From an uncultured Candidatus Saccharibacteria bacterium (GTDB lineage: Bacteria; Patescibacteriota; Saccharimonadia; Saccharimonadales; Saccharimonadaceae): DNA of 64,000 nt. The notes below the pieces were generated by a model. The model had not been told where the DNA came from. It saw only the letters and a program-made list of their open reading frames with translations, and searched no databases. The stretch lies in NCBI GenBank assembly GCA_963539815.1, contig CAUTMO010000003.1:131-64130 (forward strand). Reading direction: 5' to 3'. Within the stretch, counting starts at the first letter, position 1, and every line of letters starts with the position of its first letter. Shown one piece after another: positions 8,110 to 18,027 of the stretch. Both the position numbers and the translations under genes were made by a program.

Positions 8110-9864
8110 CTACCAGCCTCCGCCGCCGCCTCCGCCGCCACCAGCGAATCCACCGCCAGACGAACCGCCGGAAGTTGAAGAATAATCACTAGCATGACCA
8201 GCCGCCGTCGACAAACTGCTTAGCCCAGACGAAAACGCCACAGCATTGAATGCGCCCCGCCCAACGTACCAATCTGGCGCCTCGCCAACTTGCTCGTAAT
8301 ATTTGCCCATCTGCTTGCTCCAATTTTTCTCTTGCCCAAACAACACGGCGTAAGGCAAAACTCTTTCATATAATTTAACAAGTTGCTTTTCGTCATTCAC
8401 ATCAACAACTACTTTTTCCGTGCCTTCAGGACTTTGTAGAATATTCAATCGCTCAGCTTCAGCCACGCCGATATACATTTTCAATCCTTCCAAATATCGC
8501 CTCAAGCTCAAACCATCATCAGTCAGCGACCAACCTCTGGACGCTAAGACGAGCATAATTGACATAACAAGGAGCATCGGCGACAAAAACAAAACAGCCA
8601 ACACAAGAACTCGCTTAAACCATCCTCTCATTATTCGTCTCACTTCTGGATTTTGCTCGCATAAACCATATTTCCCTCTGGCTAGCGTCTCCAGATTTTT
8701 ATCATCGTCACGTGTTCGCGTCATGTATTTTATATTATTTTGAAGATTTTTCAGATTTAGGCGTTGACCTGGTTTTGGAATAGATGAACTGTCAAACATA
8801 TCCTGGATAATTTCAATTTCCTCGGCTTTAAGTTCCTGCAAATCTTTAATAATTTCAATCTCATATTGCGCACCGCTAAACAGCGAAGATTTTTTCACTT
8901 CATAAATTTTAATATAATGCCGAACCGCCAGGTCTAATAATTGCGCGACCTTTGGCAAGCCTTTAACCTTGAATGGGTCGTATTTTTTCAAAACATATGT
9001 CGACATCAAAACGCTAATATCCTCTGGCGGTAAATATTCCGGTGGAATCGGTTTTAATTCCTTATCTCTGCCAACCAACCGCCTATATCGAATTATTAGA
9101 AAAATCACCAAAGGTGTCGCGATTGTATAAGCTAAAATCTGCATCAAATGCCAAATTCCAATCAACTTTTCCATCAGCGTTTCTTGATATCCAGAAAAAG
9201 TCCCGCTCTTAAATCCAACCGCCACAGTTACGCCTTGTTGACGACTCAACTTATCTATTTTCGCAGCAATCCGGCTCTCATCTTCGCTCAAGTCGCATTG
9301 CGTCGTCGAGCCTCGACTGCCGACATAACAAAAAGCTTTCCCTTGCCTTGCCGCAGCCACAGACTTATCAAGTTTCACAGAAATTTGCACATTTTCCATC
9401 GGGACACGCCACTCATCGCCGATCACATCCCAATAGAACTCATCACGCCCCGTATCGCCGTAATTCTTAGTTACATCACGCTGTGTAAACTTAATAATGT
9501 AAGTTTTCTCGCCCTCCACGTAAGTGTTTTTATTACCAATTCTCAACTCATCGTCATTCCAGGAATATTCAAGCGGCGTACCATTTTCATCAGTTACAGA
9601 TTGCAATGAAAAATTCGTCGAGTGATCATCGTACTTCTTAACAAAAACTGGCGCGATTCCCCGATTTTGGTTCGGCGGAAAATTAGCAGTAATTCGCCAA
9701 GTAGCTTCCAATTTTGATCGATTATCAGAGTCGCGACTCAGTGAATATTCCGCATCAAATTTTGTGATAGTAAAATTATCCGTCGAGCGTGCCGCAAACG
9801 CCGTTTTGCCAGACCCAGCCAGCAATAGCCCGACAGTTAGTAGCCCAAAAAGAAAACGTTTCAT
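8110..9864 (-). CDS. DUF2207-like membrane protein with a poly-Gly C-terminal tail
   Basis: Signal peptide, a beta-rich N-terminal ectodomain, central TM helices, and the characteristic tail SGGSSGGGFAGGGGGGGGGW. Confidence 0.75.
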   Translation of the reverse strand: MKRFLFGLLTVGLLLAGSGKTAFAARSTDNFTITKFDAEYSLSRDSDNRSKLEATWRITANFPPNQNRGIAPVFVKKYDDHSTNFSLQSVTDENGTPLEYSWNDDELRIGNKNTYVEGEKTYIIKFTQRDVTKNYGDTGRDEFYWDVIGDEWRVPMENVQISVKLDKSVAAARQGKAFCYVGSRGSTTQCDLSEDESRIAAKIDKLSRQQGVTVAVGFKSGTFSGYQETLMEKLIGIWHLMQILAYTIATPLVIFLIIRYRRLVGRDKELKPIPPEYLPPEDISVLMSTYVLKKYDPFKVKGLPKVAQLLDLAVRHYIKIYEVKKSSLFSGAQYEIEIIKDLQELKAEEIEIIQDMFDSSSIPKPGQRLNLKNLQNNIKYMTRTRDDDKNLETLARGKYGLCEQNPEVRRIMRGWFKRVLVLAVLFLSPMLLVMSIMLVLASRGWSLTDDGLSLRRYLEGLKMYIGVAEAERLNILQSPEGTEKVVVDVNDEKQLVKLYERVLPYAVLFGQEKNWSKQMGKYYEQVGEAPDWYVGRGAFNAVAFSSGLSSLSTAAGHASDYSSTSGGSSGGGFAGGGGGGGGGW

Positions 9865-9882
9865 GCTTTAATTATAGCAAAA

Positions 9883-11385
9883 TTACAAGTTGACTTGCGG
9901 ATAAATTGCCCGAGTTGTTTCGTCAATTTCGCTCTTAAGCTGCGGGAACGGCACACCTTCACGCGCTGTAACGCCCTCGAAAATCCAGAATACCCTTTCA
10001 GAATATCCCCAACCACAAGCCGGCGGCATTCCATATTCCAACATCTCAACGTAATCAATATCAAGCATCATCGCCTCCTCATCACCAGCGTCACGCATTT
10101 GCTGCTGCTCAAGGAAACGATTTAGCTGGTCAATCGGATCGTTCAATTCAGAGAATCCATTGCCCAATTCCGAACCAGCGATCACCGGCTGAAAACGCTC
10201 CACCGTCTCTGGATTTTCCGGATTAGTCTTTGACAACGGACTAATAAACTTCGGCGTGTTCACCAACCAAACCGGACCAGCAACATCTTTGCGAATATTC
10301 TTCCATAATTTATCAATACTGCGTGGAATAGAGTCAGTTTTTTCAACTTCCAAATTATACTCTTTCAGTTTAGCGGCAACTTCTTCAATTGTCGTGTTAT
10401 AAACATCGATTCCGTAATGCTTGCGAATAACCTCAGCATAATCCCAAACTTCCCACTCGCCACTCATATCGACGTTGAACTTGCCCAATTGAAATTGCAG
10501 AGTACCAAAAGTCTTCTGAAGCACATCTTTATACATCGACTCCATGAAACGCATTCCCTGCTTCCAATCCCAGTAAGCCGCATACCACTCCATGGCGATA
10601 TGCTCTGGCAGATGCTCGTCCGAGTAATTTTCATTACGAAAACGCGGACCGAGGTCATAAACTTTCTCAAATCCAGCGCCAATCAATCGCTTCAATGGCA
10701 ATTCGTGGCTAATTCGCAAATAAAACTGCTGATCGCCCAGCGCGTCCATATGCGTCACAAATGGGTTCGCGTCAGCACCGCCAGTAGTGTGCTCCAAAAC
10801 AGGAACATTAATCTCAATAAATCCATGACTATTCAAATAATCTCGCGTTGCTTGCCAAAACTTACTTCGGCGAATGAATCGCTCGCGAACTTCAGGATTG
10901 ACATTCATATCAACATAACGTCGACGCAAGCGCTCTTCCTTGTTCTCTAATTTTTCTGGCATTGGTCTTAACGATTTAGTCAACAATCTAAGTTCGCGTA
11001 CACCAACGGATTTTTCACCTGTTTGCGTGGTGGTCATTACGCCCTTCGCCTCGATAAAATCGCCCGTGTCCAGCAATTTAAGTTGTTTCATTCCAAGCAC
11101 ACCGCGTGCAGCGTCTAATTCCGCCACGTCATCGCGCTGCAGATAAAGCTGCACGTCGCCAGATTGATCGCGTAATTTAATAAACGCCAATTTACCAAAA
11201 CTGCGAATAGACGCCACACGACCCGCAACAACAACTTCCTTACCAGCTAGCTCGTCATACTTAGACAAAACCTCAGCACAAGTATGAGTTCGTTCTGATT
11301 TTGCTGGATATGGTTCAACGCCTAATTGACGTAATGTTTCCAGTTTTCGTAGTCGTTCGTTTCGATAATCTTGTAATGTGGCCAT
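9883..11385 (-). CDS. lysS: Lysyl-tRNA synthetase, class II
   Basis: An OB-fold N-domain (VVVAGRVASIRSFGKLAFIKLRDQSGDVQLY) and class II motifs (FRNE..., GSELGNGFSELNDP, GMPPACGWGYSERV). Confidence 0.93.
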   Translation of the reverse strand: MATLQDYRNERLRKLETLRQLGVEPYPAKSERTHTCAEVLSKYDELAGKEVVVAGRVASIRSFGKLAFIKLRDQSGDVQLYLQRDDVAELDAARGVLGMKQLKLLDTGDFIEAKGVMTTTQTGEKSVGVRELRLLTKSLRPMPEKLENKEERLRRRYVDMNVNPEVRERFIRRSKFWQATRDYLNSHGFIEINVPVLEHTTGGADANPFVTHMDALGDQQFYLRISHELPLKRLIGAGFEKVYDLGPRFRNENYSDEHLPEHIAMEWYAAYWDWKQGMRFMESMYKDVLQKTFGTLQFQLGKFNVDMSGEWEVWDYAEVIRKHYGIDVYNTTIEEVAAKLKEYNLEVEKTDSIPRSIDKLWKNIRKDVAGPVWLVNTPKFISPLSKTNPENPETVERFQPVIAGSELGNGFSELNDPIDQLNRFLEQQQMRDAGDEEAMMLDIDYVEMLEYGMPPACGWGYSERVFWIFEGVTAREGVPFPQLKSEIDETTRAIYPQVNL

Positions 11386-11431
11386 AACAGAGATAATTAT
11401 AGCACATTATACGCGGTAAATCCCGCCAGAC

Positions 11432-11887
11432 TTAAGATATCGACTTAATAATGTAGGTAATTTCGGCTTTTGGCGTTTTAATCGTCACTTCGTCACCAAT
11501 TTTCTTACCAATCAATTCTTTACCAATTGGCGACTGATCTGAGATTCGTCCAGCCAACGGATCGGCTTCAACTGGACCAACCACCGTGTAGGATACGGTT
11601 CTTTCTGGACACTGCAATTCAACTGTACTGCCCAAACCAACGCTTGAGCTGCCGCTGGATTTAATAATTTCGGCGTTCTGCAGAATATCTTCAATTTCCA
11701 AAATTCGCGTTTCCACCAAGCCTTGCTCTTCGCGCGCAGCATCATATTCCGCGTTTTCGCTCAAGTCGCCAAAGTCTCGCGCTGCCGCAATTTTTTCAGC
11801 AATTTCGCCACGTCGCCCTTTCAACTCTGCCAACTCTTTTTCTAAATCAGCCTTTCCAGCTTCTGTAATTTGATAAGTTTTTTTCAT
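11432..11887 (-). CDS. greA: Transcription elongation factor GreA
   Basis: ARDFGDLSENAEYDAAREEQ is the acidic coiled-coil tip. The protein is 151 aa. An SD GGAGGA lies upstream. Confidence 0.93.
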   Translation of the reverse strand: MKKTYQITEAGKADLEKELAELKGRRGEIAEKIAAARDFGDLSENAEYDAAREEQGLVETRILEIEDILQNAEIIKSSGSSSVGLGSTVELQCPERTVSYTVVGPVEADPLAGRISDQSPIGKELIGKKIGDEVTIKTPKAEITYIIKSIS

Positions 11888-11968
11888 AAAAATTTCCTCC
11901 TCTACTGTATGTAGTGGTATTAGTCTTACGATCTACACTAAATATAGTGTTTTTAATTAGTCTTGATT

Positions 11969-11997
11969 AAGTCTATCTGAGTATATCAATCGCTATT
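11969..11997 (-). promoter_or_regulatory. greA promoter (TTGACA-17-TATACT), predicting a 5' UTR of about 75-80 nt
   Basis: The minus strand reads TTGACA-TAATAAATAGCGATTGA-TATACT just after the proS stop. The coordinates are approximate to a few nt. Confidence 0.5.
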
Positions 11998-12019
11998 TAT
12001 TATGTCAATATAATCAGCT

Positions 12020-13267
12020 TTACCGGCTCAAGCAAAAATCCATCAATTGCTGATAATCCATTTTTCGCGTTTCGCCAGTTGCTCGTTCCGTCAATTCAAA
12101 CAAGCCATCGCCGTCAATCGCTCGATCGCCAATCGTTATCCGCCACGGCAAACCCATGAGTTCAGCATCAGCAAATTTCACGCCTGGACGCTCGTCGCGA
12201 TCATCAAGTAGCGCATCGACGCCGCTACTAGCTAGCTCGTCATAAAACTTGCCCGCCAACTCTTGTCCTTTTTCACCAATTGCAACAATATGAACTTTAA
12301 ACGGCGCAATATTCTCCGGCCAAACCAAACCTTTATCGTCGGCGAACTTCTCAACAATCACACCCATAACTCGCGTAATTCCAATGCCATAGCTTCCCAT
12401 ATAAGCGTATCGCTCTTTACCTTCGGCGTCGGTAAACACCAACTTCATTTCTTCGGATTTCTGCGTGCCAAAATTAAAGATATTGCCAACTTCAGCAGTT
12501 TTCACTTTCTCTAACTCACTACGATCGACGCCGAGCTCCTTAATCGCCTCGTCCAAAACTTCCTCATTAACAGCGATATTTTTACCGCGATGAAGATAAA
12601 TATAATCCTCACCAGCATCGCAAATCGTCTGAAACTCATGGCTAAACTTCGTAAAAGCGCCGCCAGAAGCAAACGTCACATACGTTTCATCGCCAATTCC
12701 AAATCGGTCATAACAACGCTTATACGCCTCGATGACTGAATTGTAATAATCGTCCAAACTCTCCTTGCTGTCGTGAATCGAATACATATCCTTCATCACA
12801 AATTCACGACCACGCATAATTCCACTCTTAGCGCGAAGTTCGTTTCGCAATTTATTCTGGAATTGATAAACGCTAATTGGCAAATCTTTGTAGCTCTTTA
12901 AGTAATTGCGAAGAAGATCGACAATCGGCTCCTCGTGCGTCCAGCCAAAACCAATGTCCGTGCCGTCTTGCAATTTAGACTTAAACCAAACGTCGACCAA
13001 TTCATCACTCCAGCGACCAGTTTCTTGCCACAATTCCTTTCGCTGCAAAGTACTCATCACCAATTCCTGGCTATCGACCTTGTCCATTTCCTCGCGAACA
13101 ATTTTCTTAATATTCTCAAGAACTCTCAAACCCAACGGCAAAAACGAATACACGCCCGCCATCGTTTTATGCACGTAGCCAGCACGAATCAAAAGCTGGG
13201 CGTTTCGCGCAACCTCGCCAGCTGGCGCCTGCTTCAAAGTCCTAGTAAAAAGTTGTGTCATTCGCAT
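12020..13267 (-). CDS. proS: Prolyl-tRNA synthetase, compact bacterial type lacking the INS editing domain
   Basis: The N-terminus MRMTQLFTRTLKQAPAGEVARNAQLLIRAGYVHKTMAGVYSFLPLGLRVLENI is ProRS-typical. At only 415 aa it has no room for the ~180-aa insertion domain. Confidence 0.88.
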   Translation of the reverse strand: MRMTQLFTRTLKQAPAGEVARNAQLLIRAGYVHKTMAGVYSFLPLGLRVLENIKKIVREEMDKVDSQELVMSTLQRKELWQETGRWSDELVDVWFKSKLQDGTDIGFGWTHEEPIVDLLRNYLKSYKDLPISVYQFQNKLRNELRAKSGIMRGREFVMKDMYSIHDSKESLDDYYNSVIEAYKRCYDRFGIGDETYVTFASGGAFTKFSHEFQTICDAGEDYIYLHRGKNIAVNEEVLDEAIKELGVDRSELEKVKTAEVGNIFNFGTQKSEEMKLVFTDAEGKERYAYMGSYGIGITRVMGVIVEKFADDKGLVWPENIAPFKVHIVAIGEKGQELAGKFYDELASSGVDALLDDRDERPGVKFADAELMGLPWRITIGDRAIDGDGLFELTERATGETRKMDYQQLMDFCLSR

Positions 13268-13278
13268 ATTTTTCTCCT

Positions 13279-14088
13279 TTACATAAATATAAATGGCAAT
13301 AACGATTCTGTCTGATTAATCGCACCCGTATTGATAAACAAGAAATAAAAAGCTATTCCGTTTTTCATCATATGCATCATAATAGGCACCCAAATTGCGC
13401 CAGTATATTCCCTAGTTGCGCACATAACCAGGCTTAAAGTAAATGTATCAACTGCCACCGCCCATTGCAATGGCGAATCTGGACCAACCCAAAGATGTGC
13501 CGCGCCAAACGCTATGCTTGTTATGATAATTGATAGCCAAATTGAGAAAGAATTGCGCAACTTACCGTAAAGATATCCGCGATACAAAAGTTCCTCAACA
13601 ATCGGCGCCAGCACCACCAACACAACAAACGCCATGATAAATTGCCAATGGGTCGCCAGCATACTCTGGCTGAACGGTATAGCTTGCTTTTGTTGCATAT
13701 CCACCGAGAAAACGCCACTGGCGATGCTCATTGTGACCATCGTTAGTAAAAAGTACGCCACGAAAGCAAACGGAGAAATGAATATTTCTAAAAACGTTGG
13801 CCAGTCATTCACGCCCAAATTGCTCAAAGTTGTTCGGCGCTTCTTAACCAAAAACGGAACACCAATCACGACAATTAGCGACAAAATATATACAACAACC
13901 GAAAGCACTGTGTTAAAAATAACTGGATTCACAGAATTGAGCGGCACGCCGATTTTTATCAAAGCACCGACCGCCAATGAAACAATAACTTCCACCGCCA
14001 AAAATACGCCATAAACCCAAGCTGGAAGCGCCAAGATCAGCCACCATTTGCGGTTTTTTAATTTCTTAGAAGAGCTTTCCAACATCAC
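13279..14088 (-). CDS. CPBP-family intramembrane glutamic endopeptidase (CAAX protease-like)
   Basis: EELLYRGYLYGKL and FGAAHL motifs in a polytopic protein. Confidence 0.85.
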   Translation of the reverse strand: MMLESSSKKLKNRKWWLILALPAWVYGVFLAVEVIVSLAVGALIKIGVPLNSVNPVIFNTVLSVVVYILSLIVVIGVPFLVKKRRTTLSNLGVNDWPTFLEIFISPFAFVAYFLLTMVTMSIASGVFSVDMQQKQAIPFSQSMLATHWQFIMAFVVLVVLAPIVEELLYRGYLYGKLRNSFSIWLSIIITSIAFGAAHLWVGPDSPLQWAVAVDTFTLSLVMCATREYTGAIWVPIMMHMMKNGIAFYFLFINTGAINQTESLLPFIFM

Positions 14089-15226
14089 TGATCGTCACCA
14101 AAATTGTTAAGGTTAATAGAATTAACATACCGGTTGCCTGAATATTTTCCTCGCGCTCTTTCGTCAGATCTTTCTTAAATAGACGGAAAATTGTCATCGT
14201 GAACCAGCGACCGCCGTCAAGCGCTGGGATTGGTAAAATGTTCATCACCGCCAGCGTCAGAGAGATTAACGCCGCCACGAAAATGATGTACTCAATTCCA
14301 GAACTGACAACTGACGGGAATAATACGCCCAGTATGCCAATTGGTCCTGCTACACTCCCGCTGACAGAGGCCAAATCAGCTCTTGCAGATTCTTTTGATT
14401 CTGCGGAACCGAATATTTGCCCAATTGATCCGTGCACGGTTTTTACCAATAACACACCAACACCTTTAATCGTTTCGTATGACAATTGCCCAGTAGTCGC
14501 CACACCCACAATAGGCGCCGACCACGTGCTATACATTTTCTCCGTCTGCCCCGGAATAACACCCAGATATCCGCTTCCCTTCACGGACTTTTCATCATTC
14601 AGCTGGACGTCAACAGCCGACTCTTTGCCGTCACGCTTGTATTTGACGTTGATTTTTTTGCCAGCATTCTCCTTCGTTACAATTGGCAACTTTCCCGCCT
14701 CTGTAAGTGGCTGATCATTTATTTGCACCAATTGATCATTGATCTTAAGTCCAGCTTTATCGGCAGGCGAACCTGGCGTAACTTTCGCTATCGCCACTGG
14801 CGAACGTCTAACCTCTGTATCAAACGGCAATTGAACTTGGTTCGACAGGATTTTCGGCATGCCAATTATCGCAAGAATCGTGAACAAAACAATTGCAGTT
14901 ATCCAGTTCATCATAACGCCAGCCAGCAAGATTTTCGTCTTCACCCAAAACGTCGAACCGCCGTACGTGCCCTCGCCTTTTGCAGAATCATATTCACCCT
15001 TCAGTCTGACAAATCCACCAAGCGGCAGCCAATTCAGACTAAACGTTACGTCCTCACCCAAGAAACTTCGTTTTACCTTCCATTTTTTTGCGGCAGGCGG
15101 AAATCCGACTCCGAATTCCTCAACCTTAACGCCGTTTCTCTTGGCGACAATAGCATGACCTAATTCATGCAAAACCACCAATAAAATGAGAACAAATAGC
15201 CCTAAAAGTACTCCCCAAATAATCAT
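14066..15226 (-). CDS. rseP: RIP zinc metalloprotease RseP (site-2 protease, M50)
   Basis: HELGHAIVAK (HExxH), a PDZ segment VTPGSPADKAGLKINDQLVQIND, and NILPIPALDGG. Confidence 0.92.
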   Translation of the reverse strand: MIIWGVLLGLFVLILLVVLHELGHAIVAKRNGVKVEEFGVGFPPAAKKWKVKRSFLGEDVTFSLNWLPLGGFVRLKGEYDSAKGEGTYGGSTFWVKTKILLAGVMMNWITAIVLFTILAIIGMPKILSNQVQLPFDTEVRRSPVAIAKVTPGSPADKAGLKINDQLVQINDQPLTEAGKLPIVTKENAGKKINVKYKRDGKESAVDVQLNDEKSVKGSGYLGVIPGQTEKMYSTWSAPIVGVATTGQLSYETIKGVGVLLVKTVHGSIGQIFGSAESKESARADLASVSGSVAGPIGILGVLFPSVVSSGIEYIIFVAALISLTLAVMNILPIPALDGGRWFTMTIFRLFKKDLTKEREENIQATGMLILLTLTILVTISDVGKLF

Positions 15227-15918
15227 TTCCCAAACCGCCTATTCCGATTAGCATATTCCTCTAAAATCAGCGACACGTCATCAACTGTCATGTCTGGCCA
15301 ATTCTTATCAATAAACATCAACTCACTGTACGCCGAGCGCCACAACATAAAGTTGCTGAGTCGCTGTTCACTAGAAGTTCTAACAATCAAATCGCACGGC
15401 GGCACCTCTGGCGCGTATATATTTTGAGCAATCAACTCAGGTGTGATTTCCTCAGCAGAAACTCCGGATTGAACAATTTTTTTAACCGCATCAGCAATCT
15501 CCAAATGTCCGCCATAATTTAAGCATAAAACCAATTCTCCATTTTTCAGATCGGCAGTTTTCTCCTCAGCCTCGTCAATCGCTTTGATCAATTGATCCGA
15601 CAGACCTTCCCTGGACCCAACAACCCTCAAGCGAACCTCGTTTTCAATAAATATCGGAAGATCAGCCTTCAGTATGTTCAATAACAATTTCATCAAATGT
15701 CTGACTTCTTCCTCTGACCGTTTCCAGTTTTCCGTACTAAAAACGTAAGCACTCGCGTATTTCACGCCCCGATGAAGAACCTCTAGCGCCACGTCTTTTA
15801 GTGCGTTATATCCCGCCAGATGTCCTTCGTATGCCGGCAGACCGTGCTGCTTTGCCCACCGCCGATTTCCATCAACAATAAACCCGATATGCCGCGGCAA
15901 ACTCGCATTTTCACTCAT
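15223..15918 (-). CDS. uppS: Isoprenyl transferase (undecaprenyl-diphosphate synthase)
   Basis: HIGFIVDGNRRWAK, ENWKR and RTSSEQRLSNFMLWRSAYSEL motifs. I prefer the ATG at 15918 (MSENASLP), which overlaps the upstream stop by 8 nt. The longest ORF begins at 15939. Confidence 0.9.
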   Translation of the reverse strand: MSENASLPRHIGFIVDGNRRWAKQHGLPAYEGHLAGYNALKDVALEVLHRGVKYASAYVFSTENWKRSEEEVRHLMKLLLNILKADLPIFIENEVRLRVVGSREGLSDQLIKAIDEAEEKTADLKNGELVLCLNYGGHLEIADAVKKIVQSGVSAEEITPELIAQNIYAPEVPPCDLIVRTSSEQRLSNFMLWRSAYSELMFIDKNWPDMTVDDVSLILEEYANRNRRFGK

Positions 15919-16330
15919 TATCCGCCCTCCATTCATCAATTAATTTCACATCTTGAACATCTTTTTCGCGACTGCGCCATTTTTTCCATCGAGATAAAAA
16001 CTCTAAATTGACGAACCTCACGCCATCATATTCCACCGCATAATCAAGCAAATCATCATAGCCAACAGCCTGCCCATCAAAAACCCAGCCGTCCCAAACT
16101 TCAGCCGAACCATCATCTTTTACAAAATAAAAACGCTGATTGTCGTCAAACTTTTTAATCCAATCGCCACTTTCCTCAGAGAGCTTTTTCATCAAATCAG
16201 AACTCGCCGCAAGATCAATATCACTAGCTGGACGAATCCCCAATTGATCCAAAATTCCGCTACCAATAACAATAATTTGATCCAACGGCAAATCCAATGC
16301 CTTCACTTTATTGGCAAAAGTTTCGCTCAT
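15911..16330 (-). CDS. Small nucleotidyltransferase-fold protein of unknown function
   Basis: IVIGSGILDQLGIRPASDIDLAAS fits the minimal NTase motif hG[GS]x9-13 DhDh. The gene is translationally coupled at both ends (TAATG with frr, an 8-nt overlap with uppS). Confidence 0.5.
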   Translation of the reverse strand: MSETFANKVKALDLPLDQIIVIGSGILDQLGIRPASDIDLAASSDLMKKLSEESGDWIKKFDDNQRFYFVKDDGSAEVWDGWVFDGQAVGYDDLLDYAVEYDGVRFVNLEFLSRWKKWRSREKDVQDVKLIDEWRADNE

Positions 16331-16884
16331 TAAACTGTTAAGACGTCCTTTTCTTTCGCCTTAAATGCCTCGTCAATTTGCGTCTGCATCTTACCCATTA
16401 AGCCGTCAATTTCTTTCTCTACGCGCTTCAAATCGTCTTCGCTCAGCTCTTTATTATCCTTCATTCGCTTAGCGTCCTTTAATGCATCCTGACGAATATT
16501 ACGCATCGCAATTCGAGCCTCCTCAACCTTTTCGCTAACCTGTTTTACCAATTGATGGCGACGCTCTTCAGTCAAAGCTGGAACTGGAACGCGAACCACT
16601 CGTCCGTCGTCAGACGGATTAAAACCTAGACTTTGATTGTCGCGAATCGCAGAAGAAATTGCTGTAATATTACTCGGGTCAAATGGCGTAACTAACAACA
16701 TTTGTGCCTCTGGAGCGGTTACGTTTGCAACCTGATTAAGCGGCATTTTTGAGCCGTAAGCCTCAACCATAATGCCGTCGAGTATTCCAGCGTGCGCCCT
16801 GCCTGTTCGCACCTTCTTCAATTCATCTTGAAAAAAGCTAAACGCTGCATTCATTTTTTCTTCATAAGGGTTTGTGTCGAACAT
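16330..16884 (-). CDS. frr: Ribosome recycling factor
   Basis: The protein is 184 aa. FQDELKKVRTGRAHAGILDGIMVEAYGSKMPLNQVANV...PALTEERR is typical Frr. Confidence 0.95.
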   Translation of the reverse strand: MFDTNPYEEKMNAAFSFFQDELKKVRTGRAHAGILDGIMVEAYGSKMPLNQVANVTAPEAQMLLVTPFDPSNITAISSAIRDNQSLGFNPSDDGRVVRVPVPALTEERRHQLVKQVSEKVEEARIAMRNIRQDALKDAKRMKDNKELSEDDLKRVEKEIDGLMGKMQTQIDEAFKAKEKDVLTV

Positions 16885-16974
16885 ATTTCCTCCAATTTAT
16901 CTATCCGTTATTATATCAAACTTCAAGCGTCTTGTCTGCTAATTTCGCCTTACGCCCCGTGCTATAATAACAGA

Positions 16975-18027
16975 GTGATTTCTAAGATTAAGCTATACAA
17001 TTTCCGGTCTTATCATCTGCACGAAGCGACTTTTAGCAATTCTGGTACGGTAATTGTTGGACCAAATGGCACCGGCAAGACGAATCTGCTCGAGGCGGTT
17101 TATGTGGCGCTGCGCGGCAGTAGTTTTCGTGGCAGCCTTAGCGATTGTATGACGCTGAACGCTCCGCAAACAATTGTTCACCTAGAGGGAGATTTCGGCG
17201 AGCGGCGTATTAAGCTTGATTCAATTTCCGGAAAAATCAACAAAGAATTCATCATCAATGACAATAAATCAAAGGTCTTAACCAGAAAAAACCGCTTGCC
17301 TGTCGTTTTGTTTGAGCCAAGCGAACTAAGATTAATTTCCTCTTCGCCGTCCCGACGACGCGACTTTCTGGATGGCTTAATTGCCCGACTTGACCCCAAA
17401 TACGACACGGATTTAAGAGCTTTCAATCGCACTCTTTTACAACGCAACGAACTCTTAAAATCCCACCAAGAAGACTCATCAATTTGGCGCGACAACCTGT
17501 TTGCTTGGGATATAAAATTTGTCCAATACGCAACCAACATTGCCCAAAAACGAGCCAAATTTCTCCAGATAAACGAGCCTCGCATAAAAAATTTATACGA
17601 ATCTTTGGCGGGAAAAGACACGCAATTATCAATCGAATATGGTGCTATTGTACCTCTGGAAAATTACGACCAAGCTCTACTCAATCGCTTAGGAAAATCC
17701 CGCGAATATGAAATGGCTACAGGCTTCACTTCTGCCGGTCCGCACCGTGAAGATTTCACAATTTTTCTCCATAATCAGCCCGCCATTAAAGTTGCTTCAC
17801 GCGGTGAAATGCGAACCATTATGCTGGCGTTCAAATTATTAGAGCTAGAACTTCAAACAGAAGTTAGCCAATCTCGACCGCTAATTCTACTGGACGACGT
17901 TTTCTCGGAACTAGACGCCACTCGCGAAAAACTTCTTCAGGAAACGATCCAAAATCATCAATTCATCGTCACCACGACAGATGCGCGCCACCAAAAAGAC
18001 GGCTGCTCAATAATTTCCACACAATAA
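16975..18027 (+). CDS. recF: DNA replication/repair protein RecF (GTG start)
   Basis: ISKIKLYNFRSYHLHEATF...IVGPNGTGKTNLLEAVYV (Walker A), plus a C-terminal LLLDDVFSELD. A TATAAT at 16963..16968 lies 6 nt upstream of the GTG. The 61 upstream codons of the tracked ORF overlap frr antisense. Confidence 0.88.
   Translation: MISKIKLYNFRSYHLHEATFSNSGTVIVGPNGTGKTNLLEAVYVALRGSSFRGSLSDCMTLNAPQTIVHLEGDFGERRIKLDSISGKINKEFIINDNKSKVLTRKNRLPVVLFEPSELRLISSSPSRRRDFLDGLIARLDPKYDTDLRAFNRTLLQRNELLKSHQEDSSIWRDNLFAWDIKFVQYATNIAQKRAKFLQINEPRIKNLYESLAGKDTQLSIEYGAIVPLENYDQALLNRLGKSREYEMATGFTSAGPHREDFTIFLHNQPAIKVASRGEMRTIMLAFKLLELELQTEVSQSRPLILLDDVFSELDATREKLLQETIQNHQFIVTTTDARHQKDGCSIISTQ

Noticed and set aside
8113-8165. 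A GC-rich CCGCCG/CCACC repetitive tract, considered as a simple-sequence repeat element.
   Set aside because: It is the coding sequence of the poly-Gly C-terminal tail (GGSSGGGFAGGGGGGGGGW) typical of DUF2207-type proteins.
16792-16974. N-terminal 61-codon extension of the recF ORF given in the track (start at 16792).
   Set aside because: It lies antisense to the 5' end of frr and has no similarity to RecF. The RecF alignment begins at ISKIKLYNFRSY, and a GTG at 16975 lies 6 nt after a TATAAT box.
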